26,046 bases of DNA, from IMG/VR virus record IMGVR_UViG_3300011335_000131, positions 1 through 26,046 of that record, one strand, 5' to 3'. The position numbers were made by a program, and so were the translations under genes. The notes beneath the pieces are model-generated. The model had not been told where the DNA came from and searched no databases. It saw nothing but the letters and a program-made list of their open reading frames with translations. Every line of letters starts with the position of its first letter. Position 1 is the first letter of the stretch. This document shows, piece after piece, positions 14,210 through 23,881 of the stretch. The stretch comes from a virus (taxonomy: Duplodnaviria > Caudoviricetes).

Positions 14210-14953
14210 ATGAGTAAGATTGAAAACAAAAGCTACAATGATATGATTTTGGATATAGAGCCAGAATCAAGAACAGTAAAAGCGTGTTGGTCAAGAATTG
14301 GAAACGTGGATTTAGACAATGATATTATCGTTGCAGAAGCGTTTACCAAGACTATCAAAGAACGTGGACCAAAAGGCAAGAATATGATTTGGTCTTTAGT
14401 AGACCACAAAGCTGATATGGCACATACTTTGGGTAAGCCTAAAGAATTGTATATCGAAGGCGATATGCTTGTTGCGGTTACTGACTTAATAGAAACTGAA
14501 TGTGGCGAAGATGCAATCAAGTTATATGAAGCTGGTTTAATCAATCAACACTCAATCGGTTTTAGTACGTTAAAGTCGGATGTAAACCAAAAGACTGGTG
14601 TGCGTACAATCACAGAATTAAAACTATATGAAGGCTCTGCGGTTCTTTGGGGTGCTAATCCTGAAACTCCAACATTGGGTTTCAAGGGTGAGTTCAAAGA
14701 AACTAAAGAAAATTTATCAATAAGATTAGAAAACTTAATTAAGGCATTTAGAGGTGGTACATTTACGGACGATACCTTTGCTTTAATGGAGATTCAAATA
14801 AAACAAATACAAGCTGAATTATTGGCTTTGGAAATTACTGAAACAATCACTCAACCCGCAGAAGCAGTTGAGCCGACACCAGTGGTAGAAGAAAAGAATA
14901 ACGAGGAAGTATTAAAGGCAATTAAGCAATTTAACAATCTATTTAAAAAGTAA
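14210..14953 (+). CDS. HK97-family prohead protease
   Basis: DLDNDII..AF, DH, HSIGF and LYEGSAV..GAN motifs. Confidence 0.92.
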   Translation: MSKIENKSYNDMILDIEPESRTVKACWSRIGNVDLDNDIIVAEAFTKTIKERGPKGKNMIWSLVDHKADMAHTLGKPKELYIEGDMLVAVTDLIETECGEDAIKLYEAGLINQHSIGFSTLKSDVNQKTGVRTITELKLYEGSAVLWGANPETPTLGFKGEFKETKENLSIRLENLIKAFRGGTFTDDTFALMEIQIKQIQAELLALEITETITQPAEAVEPTPVVEEKNNEEVLKAIKQFNNLFKK

Positions 14954-14955
14954 AA

Positions 14956-16047
14956 ATGGAAAATTTAATCAACGAAATGGCGGAGAACCTTAAAGGTTTT
15001 CAAGCTAATGCAGAAGCTCAAATTAAAGAGGTATCTGCACAAGTAACTGTTGTAAAAGACGAGTTACAAAAACAAATCGACTCTCAATTAGCTACACAAA
15101 AGAAAGCAGCTAAGAAAGAAGTTAAGTTTATGGATGAAGTTATCTTAGAGAAATTAGATGGTAACTTTGACGCAATGGAAAAGTCTTTAAAGAATAGCGG
15201 TAAATTCCGTTTAGACTTATCTGATGTTAAGACAATGACTTTAAGTGGTAACTTAACTGGTGATTCTCAAGCATCTTATGCTCCGAACCCAGCTATCCAA
15301 CCAGCACAAACTATTAACTTTAGAGATTTAATCCCTACTGTTAGAAGCGAAACTGGATTGTATGTTTACTATCGTGAGAACGCTGGTTTAACTAACAACA
15401 TTGCTGCTCAAACTGAAGGTGCTGATAAAGGCGAGAACAACTACTCTTTAACAGAAGTTAAAGTTGTAAACGATTACCTTGCTGGTTTCTCTACATTCTC
15501 TAAGCAAATGTTAAAGTCATTACCTTTTATGACTCAAACTTTACCAAGAATGTTACAAAGAGATTTCTTCAAGGCTGAGAACGCTGCGTTTTTCTCTACT
15601 GTATCTGCTGCTGCAACTGGTTCAACTACAACTGCTGAAACTAACGATTTGTTACAATTAGTAGATTACATCGGTAACCAAAAGGCTGCAAACTTTGTAC
15701 CTTCTTATGCTTTAGTTTCTCAACAACAAATGGGTCGCTTATTGAAAGCAACTATTGCTGCTGGTTACTATGCTGGTGCTGGTTCAGTTATTGTAAACCC
15801 TAATGGTGGAATCACAATCTGGGGTGTACCTGTAATTTCTGCATCTTGGGTAACTGATGACAAAGTGTTAATCTTTGATAATAGCTACTTAGAAAGAGTT
15901 GAAGTTGAAGGTTTAGCAATCGAGTTCTCTTATGAGAATGGCGAAAACTTCCAAAAGAACTTGGTAACTGCGAGAATAGAATGTTATGAGGACATAAATT
16001 TAATGCTTACAACGTCAGCGATTTATGCGGATATGGGTAACGTATAG
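14956..16047 (+). CDS. Major capsid protein, HK97 fold with N-terminal scaffold (delta) domain
   Basis: Coiled-coil N-terminus; RDLIP, EGADK, TIWGVPVI and FQKNLVT.RIE motifs; followed by a terminator. Confidence 0.95.
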   Translation: MENLINEMAENLKGFQANAEAQIKEVSAQVTVVKDELQKQIDSQLATQKKAAKKEVKFMDEVILEKLDGNFDAMEKSLKNSGKFRLDLSDVKTMTLSGNLTGDSQASYAPNPAIQPAQTINFRDLIPTVRSETGLYVYYRENAGLTNNIAAQTEGADKGENNYSLTEVKVVNDYLAGFSTFSKQMLKSLPFMTQTLPRMLQRDFFKAENAAFFSTVSAAATGSTTTAETNDLLQLVDYIGNQKAANFVPSYALVSQQQMGRLLKATIAAGYYAGAGSVIVNPNGGITIWGVPVISASWVTDDKVLIFDNSYLERVEVEGLAIEFSYENGENFQKNLVTARIECYEDINLMLTTSAIYADMGNV

Positions 16048-16071
16048 TTCTAAAGGTTTAGTAAATAAATG

Positions 16072-16099
16072 ACCCCTACCAATTCGGTGGGGGTTTTTT
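16072..16099 (+). terminator. Intrinsic terminator after the capsid gene
   Basis: ACCCCTACC/GGTGGGGGT stem plus T tract. Confidence 0.85.
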
Positions 16100-16115
16100 A
16101 TTGGAATAAATTAAG

Positions 16116-16123
16116 TAATTTTG
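16116..16123 (+). promoter_or_regulatory. -7 promoter element for neck/tail genes
   Basis: TAATTTTG between the terminator and the ATG at 16136. Confidence 0.65.
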
Positions 16124-16135
16124 TAAAAAAAGGAT

Positions 16136-16678
16136 ATGTCTTATTCTAATTATATTAATGACTTTAGTGCCGTTCCTATCGCACCAATAGTAGAGCCAGT
16201 AACTTTATCGGAAGCAAAATTATATTGCCGTGTTACAACAACCGCTGAAGATACCTTGATTACGTTAATGATTACACAAGCAAGAGAAGCTATTGAGGTT
16301 GCAACAGGATTGAGTTTGATACCAAAGGACATTACTACTTATTTCAATAACGTGAGTGGTAATTTTGATATTCCATTTGGTCCAGTTGATTCTGCAACGT
16401 TTCAGTTGTTTGATATGGAGCAAGATGCTTTAGAAATAGAAGGAACAGACCTACAATTAATAGGCGATGAATTTCCTAAGTTATCATACCCAAGATACCC
16501 TAACTTAAAGGCTACTTATGAGGCAGGTTACACAACCATCCCTAAAGACCTTAAAATAGCGATATTAGACCAAATTAGCTACGACTACGAGAATAGAGGT
16601 TTAGATGGCGATTCAGGTATTTGTGAGAAATCTTGGAAAGCGTGTCAAAGATGGACAAGAATAAGCCCAATATTATAA
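16136..16678 (+). CDS. Head-tail connector (HK97 gp6-like)
   Basis: EPVTLSEAKLYCRV...ED.LI...AR..IE and P.DLKIAIL....YENR motifs. Confidence 0.9.
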   Translation: MSYSNYINDFSAVPIAPIVEPVTLSEAKLYCRVTTTAEDTLITLMITQAREAIEVATGLSLIPKDITTYFNNVSGNFDIPFGPVDSATFQLFDMEQDALEIEGTDLQLIGDEFPKLSYPRYPNLKATYEAGYTTIPKDLKIAILDQISYDYENRGLDGDSGICEKSWKACQRWTRISPIL

Positions 16679-16679
16679 T

Positions 16680-17021
16680 ATGAAATTAGGTAAAGCAAAA
16701 GCAAACTACGTTGACGCAAATACTATGACAAGACAAGTCGGTATTTGGGCATCTACAAGGGTAAGTGATGGTCAAGGTGGTTACACTACGACCTTTGCCC
16801 TACAAACGACAGTATGGGGCGATTTAAGACCAGATAATCAAGTGCGTGAGGTAGGCGAGTCGGAATTGCAATTTGACCAAAGGAATAGGCTTTATATTCG
16901 TTATGGGGTTACTATCAACGATTCGTATGAGGTAGAGATAGAAGGGGATAGATATACGATACATTCTATTAAAAACGTAGAGAACCAAAATAGGTTCTTG
17001 GAGTTAATAATTTACAAGTAA
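16680..17021 (+). CDS. Head closure/head-tail adaptor (SPP1 gp16-like)
   Basis: DGQGG...VW, IRY and G.RY.I.SI.N motifs; position after the connector. Confidence 0.85.
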   Translation: MKLGKAKANYVDANTMTRQVGIWASTRVSDGQGGYTTTFALQTTVWGDLRPDNQVREVGESELQFDQRNRLYIRYGVTINDSYEVEIEGDRYTIHSIKNVENQNRFLELIIYK

Positions 17022-17599
17022 TGGCATTTGGAATAGATATATCTGGAATACCTCGACTTGAAAAAAGATTGAAGGAAATAGAAGATAGTGTTTCAACTAA
17101 ATTAGCTGAAGAAATATCTGCATCTGCATTAAAGATTGAAAAACAAGCAAAAAGAAATGCGCCTGTAAATATGGGTACTTTAAGACAAAGTATTCACGCT
17201 ACATCTAAAGACAAATTAACGCATTATGTAGAGGTGGGTGCTTCTTATGGTGCATATGTGGAATTTGGAACAGGCGGAAAGGTTTCAATACCAGTTGGAT
17301 ATGAACAATATGCTGCAAGTTTTAAAGGAAAAAAAGGTGGAGGTTTAGAAGATATGATTCAAGCATTAACTTTGTGGGTAAAAAGAAAAGGATTAGCTGG
17401 AACTTATAGTGTCAAAAGTCAAAGAAGATTAGGTGGGAAAGGAGTACAACAAAGTCAAGATATGAAATTAGCAAGGTTTTTAGCTATAAAAATATTAAGA
17501 AATGGTATAAAGGCTCAACCATATTTAATTCCTGCTTTTGAATTAGAAAAGCCTAAATTAATAGAAAAACTAAAAAAGATACTAAATGCTAAATCCTAA
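17021..17599 (+). CDS. HK97 gp10-like tail completion protein
   Basis: AKRNAPVNMGTLRQSI, YVEFGT and AQPYLIPA motifs. Confidence 0.9.
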   Translation: MAFGIDISGIPRLEKRLKEIEDSVSTKLAEEISASALKIEKQAKRNAPVNMGTLRQSIHATSKDKLTHYVEVGASYGAYVEFGTGGKVSIPVGYEQYAASFKGKKGGGLEDMIQALTLWVKRKGLAGTYSVKSQRRLGGKGVQQSQDMKLARFLAIKILRNGIKAQPYLIPAFELEKPKLIEKLKKILNAKS

Positions 17600-17993
17600 T
17601 ATAGAAATTAAGAAATGGTTTTATACTAACTTGGCAAGTGCAAGTGGATTAGTTGTTTACGATGGATTTGCTCCAGAGGGTGCAGGTAATGAGTATATTG
17701 TTATGACAGGTAGAACATCAAGTCAAGAACAAGGAAAAGCTGGATATACAAATAGTATTAGCATCACAGTTGATATTATTACAAAAAATGCTAACTTTGG
17801 TTATAAACGTGCAGAGGAGATAAGCGATTTAGTGTTGGATGATATAAACTCGGACACAGTTATTACCCTATCAAATGGGTTTACTGCTTCAAGTTTAAGT
17901 GTAGAAAGCATAAGAAATTTAGATGGCTTAAACCCTTTAGATAACGTTTTTAGAGTATTAATAACATATAACATAACCATAACTCAAAATTAA
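17586..17993 (+). CDS. Tail terminator (DUF3168-like)
   Basis: VYD..P...YIV pattern; position before the tail tube gene. Confidence 0.7.
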   Translation: MLNPNIEIKKWFYTNLASASGLVVYDGFAPEGAGNEYIVMTGRTSSQEQGKAGYTNSISITVDIITKNANFGYKRAEEISDLVLDDINSDTVITLSNGFTASSLSVESIRNLDGLNPLDNVFRVLITYNITITQN

Positions 17994-18004
17994 AATTAAA
18001 TAAA

Positions 18005-18460
18005 ATGGCAGAAACAAAAGTAAGCGGTAGAGATTATATCCTCTTAGCTGACATTAACAATGATGGAACATACAAGCCAGTAGCTTGTTTGACTTCTAAC
18101 TCTTTGACATCAACTTTAGGTACAATTGATGCAACATCTAAATGTGGTGATGATTACACTCCAAGTCCTTCATTCAATCAATCTTTTGAGTGTGAAGGTT
18201 TTGCAATTGACGAAACAGGAACTCCAAGTAAAGATTCTTACCAACAATTGTATGCTGCTCACGCTGCTAAAACTTTATTCGCTATTAAAATGGGTAAAGC
18301 AAGTCCAGTAGCAGGAGATATATACTATGGTGGTACTGCTACAAGTTTAGTGTTTATTAGCAACTTTGGTGTTAATGCTGCTGATAAGGATGATGTTAAA
18401 TTTACTGCAACTTTCGTAGTAAGTGTACCTCCAATTGCTCAAACTGAAGTGCCTGTATAA
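18005..18460 (+). CDS. Major tail tube protein
   Basis: VSGRDYIL, VACLTSNSL...IDATSKC and F.ATF motifs; position before the chaperones. Confidence 0.8.
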   Translation: MAETKVSGRDYILLADINNDGTYKPVACLTSNSLTSTLGTIDATSKCGDDYTPSPSFNQSFECEGFAIDETGTPSKDSYQQLYAAHAAKTLFAIKMGKASPVAGDIYYGGTATSLVFISNFGVNAADKDDVKFTATFVVSVPPIAQTEVPV

Positions 18461-18475
18461 TAAATAAAAAAAACT

Positions 18476-18847
18476 ATGTTCCAATTAAAAACTAACAACA
18501 ACACAATCAATCTTAAATGGGGTACTTGGGCAATGAAGGAGTTTACGAAAGTAAACAACATAACCATTGAACAATACTTTAATGTTTTAGCATCTGCACA
18601 TATTAACTTGGATGTAATAGTTCAAGTAGTATATATAGGTTATAAATCTGCTTGTGTTAGCGCAAAGCAAGAGATAGAATTTACAGAAGTAGATGCTTGT
18701 GAATGGATTGATGAAGTAGGCTCAATATTTCAAGCTGAAGGGCAAATTGTAGATTATATGAAATATGTTGTAGAATCAACAATTCATTCAGTACAAGGTG
18801 CGCCAAAAGAAGAAAAAAAAAAGCCTAAAAAAGCTAACGTGGGATGA
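18476..18847 (+). CDS. Tail assembly chaperone (G-like)
   Basis: Lies between tail tube and tape measure; ends in an A10G slippery run (EEKKK). Confidence 0.75.
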   Translation: MFQLKTNNNTINLKWGTWAMKEFTKVNNITIEQYFNVLASAHINLDVIVQVVYIGYKSACVSAKQEIEFTEVDACEWIDEVGSIFQAEGQIVDYMKYVVESTIHSVQGAPKEEKKKPKKANVG

Positions 18848-19145
18848 TATTTTAGTTAAGGCTGCTGAATGTGGTATACGCCCAAATGAATTTTGGGAAA
18901 TGACGTGGAAAGACTTTTCTATTATTTTAATGGGAAAGGAAAGAAACGAAATAAACGAATGGGCAAGGACAAGAAACCTTGCCTATATTGTATACTTAAG
19001 TAACACTACTGAAAAAAGTCCAAAGTCAATTAGAAGTTTTTGGCATATACCAGAAATAGATGATATTGAGGTTGAAGGTGATGAAAAGGTAATGTTAACT
19101 GATGAACAATTGGCAAGAACATTAAAGTTGTATGGAGTAAATTAA
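18813..19145 (+). CDS. Tail assembly chaperone frameshift extension (T-like)
   Basis: GIRPNEFWEMTW motif typical of GT C-termini. No convincing start of its own; it lies in the +1/-2 frame. Confidence 0.65.
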   Translation, partial: KKKSLKKLTWDDILVKAAECGIRPNEFWEMTWKDFSIILMGKERNEINEWARTRNLAYIVYLSNTTEKSPKSIRSFWHIPEIDDIEVEGDEKVMLTDEQLARTLKLYGVN

Positions 19146-19149
19146 TAAA

Positions 19150-20955
19150 ATGGCACAAGAAACCTTAAAACTGGTCATAACCGCTGATACTCAAGAAGCG
19201 TTAGCAAATCTTCAAACTTTTATTGCAACTAATAAGGGTTTAAAAGAAGAAATGCAAAAGATAGGTCCAGTTAGTAATCAAGCGACTAATGCCTTATCTA
19301 ACTTATCAAGAGTTGCACAAGATGCTCCTTATGGATTTATAGGTATAGCGAATAACATTAACCCTTTATTAGAATCGTTTCAAAGATTAAGTGCTGGTGC
19401 TAAAGATGCTGGTACATCACTAACAAAAGAGTTAAAAAGTGCTTTAACTGGTCCAGCAGGTATTGGTTTAGCAGTAGGAATTGTATCTTCTTTAATTGTT
19501 GCATTTGGTGATGATATTAGCGATTTTATTGATAAAACATTAAATGGTAATAATGCAATAAGAGAAAATGCAAAAGCATTAGATGAAGCTAAAAAAGGCT
19601 ATCAAAATGCTTACATAGAGATGAACAAACTTGGTCAAGCATTTGAGCAATTTAATAATGGTTCTATTTCTAAAAAAGAAGTATTAGAGCAATACAATAC
19701 ATCTCTTGGTAAAGTTTATGGTAGCACAAAAGATGTAAACGAAGCAGAAAAAATATATAGAGATAATACTGATAAGTACATACAAGCTACATATTTAAGA
19801 GCAGCAGCAGATATAGAGTTAAAGAAAGCAGCAGAAGAAGCAGCAAAAGCAGCTGAAACATCAAAAATGCCAGATACTGAATTTCAAAATATGTTTGGAT
19901 TTAGTGGTGGTTTTGGTGCAGGTGCAACATCTACAAAAGGATTACAAGCTGCAAGTAAATCAATAAGAAAAGAAAGAATTACTCAAATTAATGAACGTAA
20001 AACATTCTTTGAAGAAGTTGCAAAACAATTAAGAGCAGAAGCAGATTTAATTGATAAAAGTGCTACAAAGACAAAAGATTTTGGTTTAGATACAGGAGAT
20101 GATACTAAGAAAAAAGACCCTTTTGCTGAATTAACAAAAGATTTCCAAAAGTCATTAAATGCTCAAGAAACATTAAGAATCAAGTCCTTAATAGACCAAC
20201 AAACGTATTTAGATAATACTTATAAAATATATAAAGATTATATTAATAAGTTAGCTGAATTAGATACTAAACAAGCTATTAGTAAAATTGAAAGTTTGCT
20301 ACCTAAGTTTGATAAAATGACATTTGATAGAAATGCTAAAGATATCAAAGATGGTATTGCTAAAACTTTAGCTGCATATAAAGAACCAGAAATGGATGTT
20401 CCAGTTGATACATATGCAATTAGTCAAAAGAAATTAGAAGAAGCAAGGAATAAATATGAAACTTTTTTTCTTGGTATTAAAGAAAAGAAAGTAGAAAATA
20501 ACTATAAAACAGAACAAAAAGATTTACAAGAGTTAACTGCACAATATGAACAATTTGCACAAACAATATCTGGAACTGTAACAAATGCTTTATTTTCAAT
20601 GTATGAAGCTATGCAACAAGGAGAAAATCCTTTACAAGCAATTGCAGATATGTTTAAACAAATAGCATTTAATATTGCAGCTATGGTTATACAAGCATTG
20701 ATATTTCAAGCAATTATAAAAGCATTTCCAGCATTAGAAGGAGCGTTTACTGCATTGGGTATTATTGGCAAAGCTACAAGCAGTATGCAATCAGCTGGAG
20801 CAATATCTGGTGGCATAAATGCAAATTCATCATTTAATGCAGGTTCAATAGGAAGTAATAATGTATCACAAGGTCAATTTGTATTAAAAGGTTCTGATTT
20901 GGTTTTGGCAACTCAAAGAGCAAACAATAACTTAAATATTAGACGAGGATACTAA
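19150..20955 (+). CDS. Tape measure protein
   Basis: 601 aa, Ala/Lys-rich and helical; RVAQDAPYGFIGIANNI, hydrophobic segments, C-terminal LKGSDLV. Confidence 0.88.
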   Translation: MAQETLKLVITADTQEALANLQTFIATNKGLKEEMQKIGPVSNQATNALSNLSRVAQDAPYGFIGIANNINPLLESFQRLSAGAKDAGTSLTKELKSALTGPAGIGLAVGIVSSLIVAFGDDISDFIDKTLNGNNAIRENAKALDEAKKGYQNAYIEMNKLGQAFEQFNNGSISKKEVLEQYNTSLGKVYGSTKDVNEAEKIYRDNTDKYIQATYLRAAADIELKKAAEEAAKAAETSKMPDTEFQNMFGFSGGFGAGATSTKGLQAASKSIRKERITQINERKTFFEEVAKQLRAEADLIDKSATKTKDFGLDTGDDTKKKDPFAELTKDFQKSLNAQETLRIKSLIDQQTYLDNTYKIYKDYINKLAELDTKQAISKIESLLPKFDKMTFDRNAKDIKDGIAKTLAAYKEPEMDVPVDTYAISQKKLEEARNKYETFFLGIKEKKVENNYKTEQKDLQELTAQYEQFAQTISGTVTNALFSMYEAMQQGENPLQAIADMFKQIAFNIAAMVIQALIFQAIIKAFPALEGAFTALGIIGKATSSMQSAGAISGGINANSSFNAGSIGSNNVSQGQFVLKGSDLVLATQRANNNLNIRRGY

Positions 20956-23165
20956 TGGCATACGAAATAAAATATAGAATCACGGCAGCAACAAAATCGG
21001 ATGTTACAAGTGTAGTAAATATTTATGAGGATGGTTACGATGGCGAAATAATAGAATATCCTTGTATAAGTTTACAATTACAATACATACCAAGAAGCGA
21101 TGATGCTTTTGAACCTATTTATGTTAGTCAATTAAGCGTTGCTATTGATGTAACGGATGATGTGGCTAATATGCCTGACTTTACAACATTGAACGATAGA
21201 AAATACTTTGTTAAAGTTCTTAGTGGTGCTAATGTAGATTTTATAGGATGGGTGTTAAGTGATAACGTTCAGTATGTTTTTTCAACAGGTCGTAAAGATT
21301 TATACTTTAACGCTATTGATGGATTAGGTATGTTAGAAACAATACCATTGCCATTGAGTGATGAAACCGAGTTAGTATATGTTGAAACCGCAAAAGATTT
21401 AATATCAATTTCTTTAGGTCAAATAGGCTATCCAATAGATTATAAAATAATTAGCGGTGTTAGTTTTTACGCAGATGGAATGGATAATAGAAATGATGAC
21501 CCAAGTGCGGATGGATTAGCACAATCTTATATTAACTATGCAACATTTATAAACGAAAATCAAGAAGCAACAAATTGTCTTGATGTATTGACAAGAATTA
21601 CTAAGTCATTTGGTTCAAGATTATTTCAAGCAAAAGGCAACTTTTATATAGTTCCTTTAACGCAATTTGCCCAAGATACATATTACGCAACTATTTATAA
21701 TAGCGATGGTACTATATTTGATGATTCAATTATAAGTGATAGTAATCAAATACAAGGTTTTTCAAGTAACACAAGCGGTTTATACTTTGTTGATAATAGC
21801 CAATTTAAGTTAATTAAAAAGGGATATAATAAGATTAGATTTAACAAGGTTGTAGAATACCCAAATAACTATATTACTAACTGGAATTTAAAAACATTTA
21901 CAGTAGTAAGTCCAACAGTAAGCAATGCTTTTTCTTGGTTAGCAAATAGAAATGGTGGAACTATATATGTTAAATCAGCACCAGAGAAAAAATACAATTC
22001 TTGGATTATTGATTATGCAACTACAAATCCACACTTTTCATCTGTAACTGCTAACAACTTACCATTTATAAACCCAAGTGAAGTAATAAAATTAGAATTT
22101 GATTTTGCAACATTAGGAACTGTATCTGGAACACCAGATGCTTTATTTCTTTTAAAGTTACAAGTACAACCTGTTGGCGGTAATGCTTATTTTTTAAATC
22201 AAGATAAAGGTTGGACTGTTGCAGTAAACCCAAATGACCATTATTATTATTATCCTTATTATGGTTCATCTCCAGTAGTTAATTTTAAATTAGAAGCTGC
22301 ACCTTGTCCTATTTTTGGTTCTTTATATATGGAGATTATAATGTGCAGTAATTCAGCTGGATTTTGGAAAAGCACAGTAAAACAAGGAGAAATAAGCAAC
22401 TTTAACTTAAAGTTAGAAAGTTTCTTTAAAGAGGTTACAACTGAAAGTTACATAAATGATGTAGAGGAATATGTTTTAGATATTGATTTACCAATGGGTT
22501 TTAATGACATTAACGATGCTAAATATAATTACACAGGTTATATAAGCGATGCAAATGGTGGTATGTTGATTGATTGGTATAGACAAGAATATCCAGATGA
22601 AAAATATAGAAGTTTAAGTGAGTTAGTAGTTAAGCAATATTCAAACTGCTTGAACAAGAACATTATTAACTTGGATGCTTCATTTATGGGTATGGAAACT
22701 GATGAAGGAAGGTTTAGTGCAGCTATGAGAATAACTGCAATTGATTTAGACCCAGCTCAAATAAGCGTAACTAATAAAAAATATATAATAGGTAATTCAA
22801 CAATAGATTTGCCTAATGATGTTATAACAGCTACTCTATTAGATATTAATCCTAATAACATAGTAACTACTTTAAATACTGTTTATGATAGTAATCCATT
22901 ATCAAGAGAATTAACTGGATTTGGTCATTATAGGTCTAATGGTTTTGTAACTAAAGAAGCTGCCCTTACTGCGCCTTTAACTGGTAGCTTGGTTTACTTA
23001 GAACAAGTAGGTGTTCCTACAATTGGAGATTTCTTCTATGCGAGTGAATACTTAACTGTTGGATTTAATGGTGCGAATATTTGGTGGAGGGTTTTGGTAA
23101 CAGATACTTACTCACAAGCATATAGAATAAGTGGAGCTGGGGAAATATTAGAAACATACGGATAA
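20955..23165 (+). CDS. Tail tip/hub structural protein
   Basis: 736 aa, beta-rich, TAATG-coupled to the tape measure gene; AIDGLGML and FGSRLFQ segments. Confidence 0.65.
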   Translation: MAYEIKYRITAATKSDVTSVVNIYEDGYDGEIIEYPCISLQLQYIPRSDDAFEPIYVSQLSVAIDVTDDVANMPDFTTLNDRKYFVKVLSGANVDFIGWVLSDNVQYVFSTGRKDLYFNAIDGLGMLETIPLPLSDETELVYVETAKDLISISLGQIGYPIDYKIISGVSFYADGMDNRNDDPSADGLAQSYINYATFINENQEATNCLDVLTRITKSFGSRLFQAKGNFYIVPLTQFAQDTYYATIYNSDGTIFDDSIISDSNQIQGFSSNTSGLYFVDNSQFKLIKKGYNKIRFNKVVEYPNNYITNWNLKTFTVVSPTVSNAFSWLANRNGGTIYVKSAPEKKYNSWIIDYATTNPHFSSVTANNLPFINPSEVIKLEFDFATLGTVSGTPDALFLLKLQVQPVGGNAYFLNQDKGWTVAVNPNDHYYYYPYYGSSPVVNFKLEAAPCPIFGSLYMEIIMCSNSAGFWKSTVKQGEISNFNLKLESFFKEVTTESYINDVEEYVLDIDLPMGFNDINDAKYNYTGYISDANGGMLIDWYRQEYPDEKYRSLSELVVKQYSNCLNKNIINLDASFMGMETDEGRFSAAMRITAIDLDPAQISVTNKKYIIGNSTIDLPNDVITATLLDINPNNIVTTLNTVYDSNPLSRELTGFGHYRSNGFVTKEAALTAPLTGSLVYLEQVGVPTIGDFFYASEYLTVGFNGANIWWRVLVTDTYSQAYRISGAGEILETYG

Positions 23166-23170
23166 TTGAT

Positions 23171-23178
23171 TAAATTTG
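23171..23178 (+). promoter_or_regulatory. -7 promoter element, probably leaderless transcript
   Basis: TAAATTTG, 4 nt before the ATG at 23183. Confidence 0.6.
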
Positions 23179-23182
23179 TAAT

Positions 23183-23875
23183 ATGGCAGCAGTAATAGGA
23201 CAGAATATAATTTTATATTGGCACAGAACAGATGTAGACCCTGAAGAAGATGTTGCATTTGCTTGTAGTACAAATTGTACGTTTAATGTAAGCGTAGACC
23301 AAAAAGAGGTAACAAGTCAAACGAGTGCTTGGTTTAGGGAATATAAAAACGATGTAGCTACTTGGAATGTAACCTGCGATGGGTTAATTACTTTAAGTGG
23401 CTTTTCTTATTTGTTTATGTTAGATAAGCAATTGACAAGAACACCAATAGAGATTAAGTTCGTAGTGGATAATGGAGTTGATGGTTTGACTATCATTAAC
23501 GGAACTTGTAATATATCAAGTTTAGCAATAAACGCACCTTATAAGGATGTGGCTACTTACAACGTGAGCCTACAAGGTACAGGAGCATACAATACAACAG
23601 GAACAGAGGTAAACCCAGATGGAGTGATTATCGTAGGTTCAAACCCTGTTAAGACTAAAGGTTACACGGCAAGTGGTGGCGAAACTTCAATTACATTTGC
23701 GGATACAATCGGTTATGCTTGTTTATACGTTTCAAGAGGTGGTGTGGATGCACAAAACATTTTAACAACAGGTACTCCAACAGGCGATGATGTTAGATTT
23801 GTAAGTTCAACTGGGGTTCTTACATTTGGTAGACCATTAGAAGCTGGGGAATATATTAGAGGATTATTTCAATAA
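23183..23875 (+). CDS. Second tail-tube-like protein with a C-terminal extra domain
   Basis: FACSTNCTF.V..DQKEVTS, WNVTCDGL and ATYNVSLQGTG are TP901-1-type tube motifs. Confidence 0.75.
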   Translation: MAAVIGQNIILYWHRTDVDPEEDVAFACSTNCTFNVSVDQKEVTSQTSAWFREYKNDVATWNVTCDGLITLSGFSYLFMLDKQLTRTPIEIKFVVDNGVDGLTIINGTCNISSLAINAPYKDVATYNVSLQGTGAYNTTGTEVNPDGVIIVGSNPVKTKGYTASGGETSITFADTIGYACLYVSRGGVDAQNILTTGTPTGDDVRFVSSTGVLTFGRPLEAGEYIRGLFQ

Positions 23876-23881
23876 AATATT

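Noticed and set aside
16048-16071. Capsid 3' UTR as a third antisense unit (shares AGGTTTAG with the candidate sRNA)
   Set aside because: Only 7 nt complementary to the early leader and no anti-AUG; too short to support.
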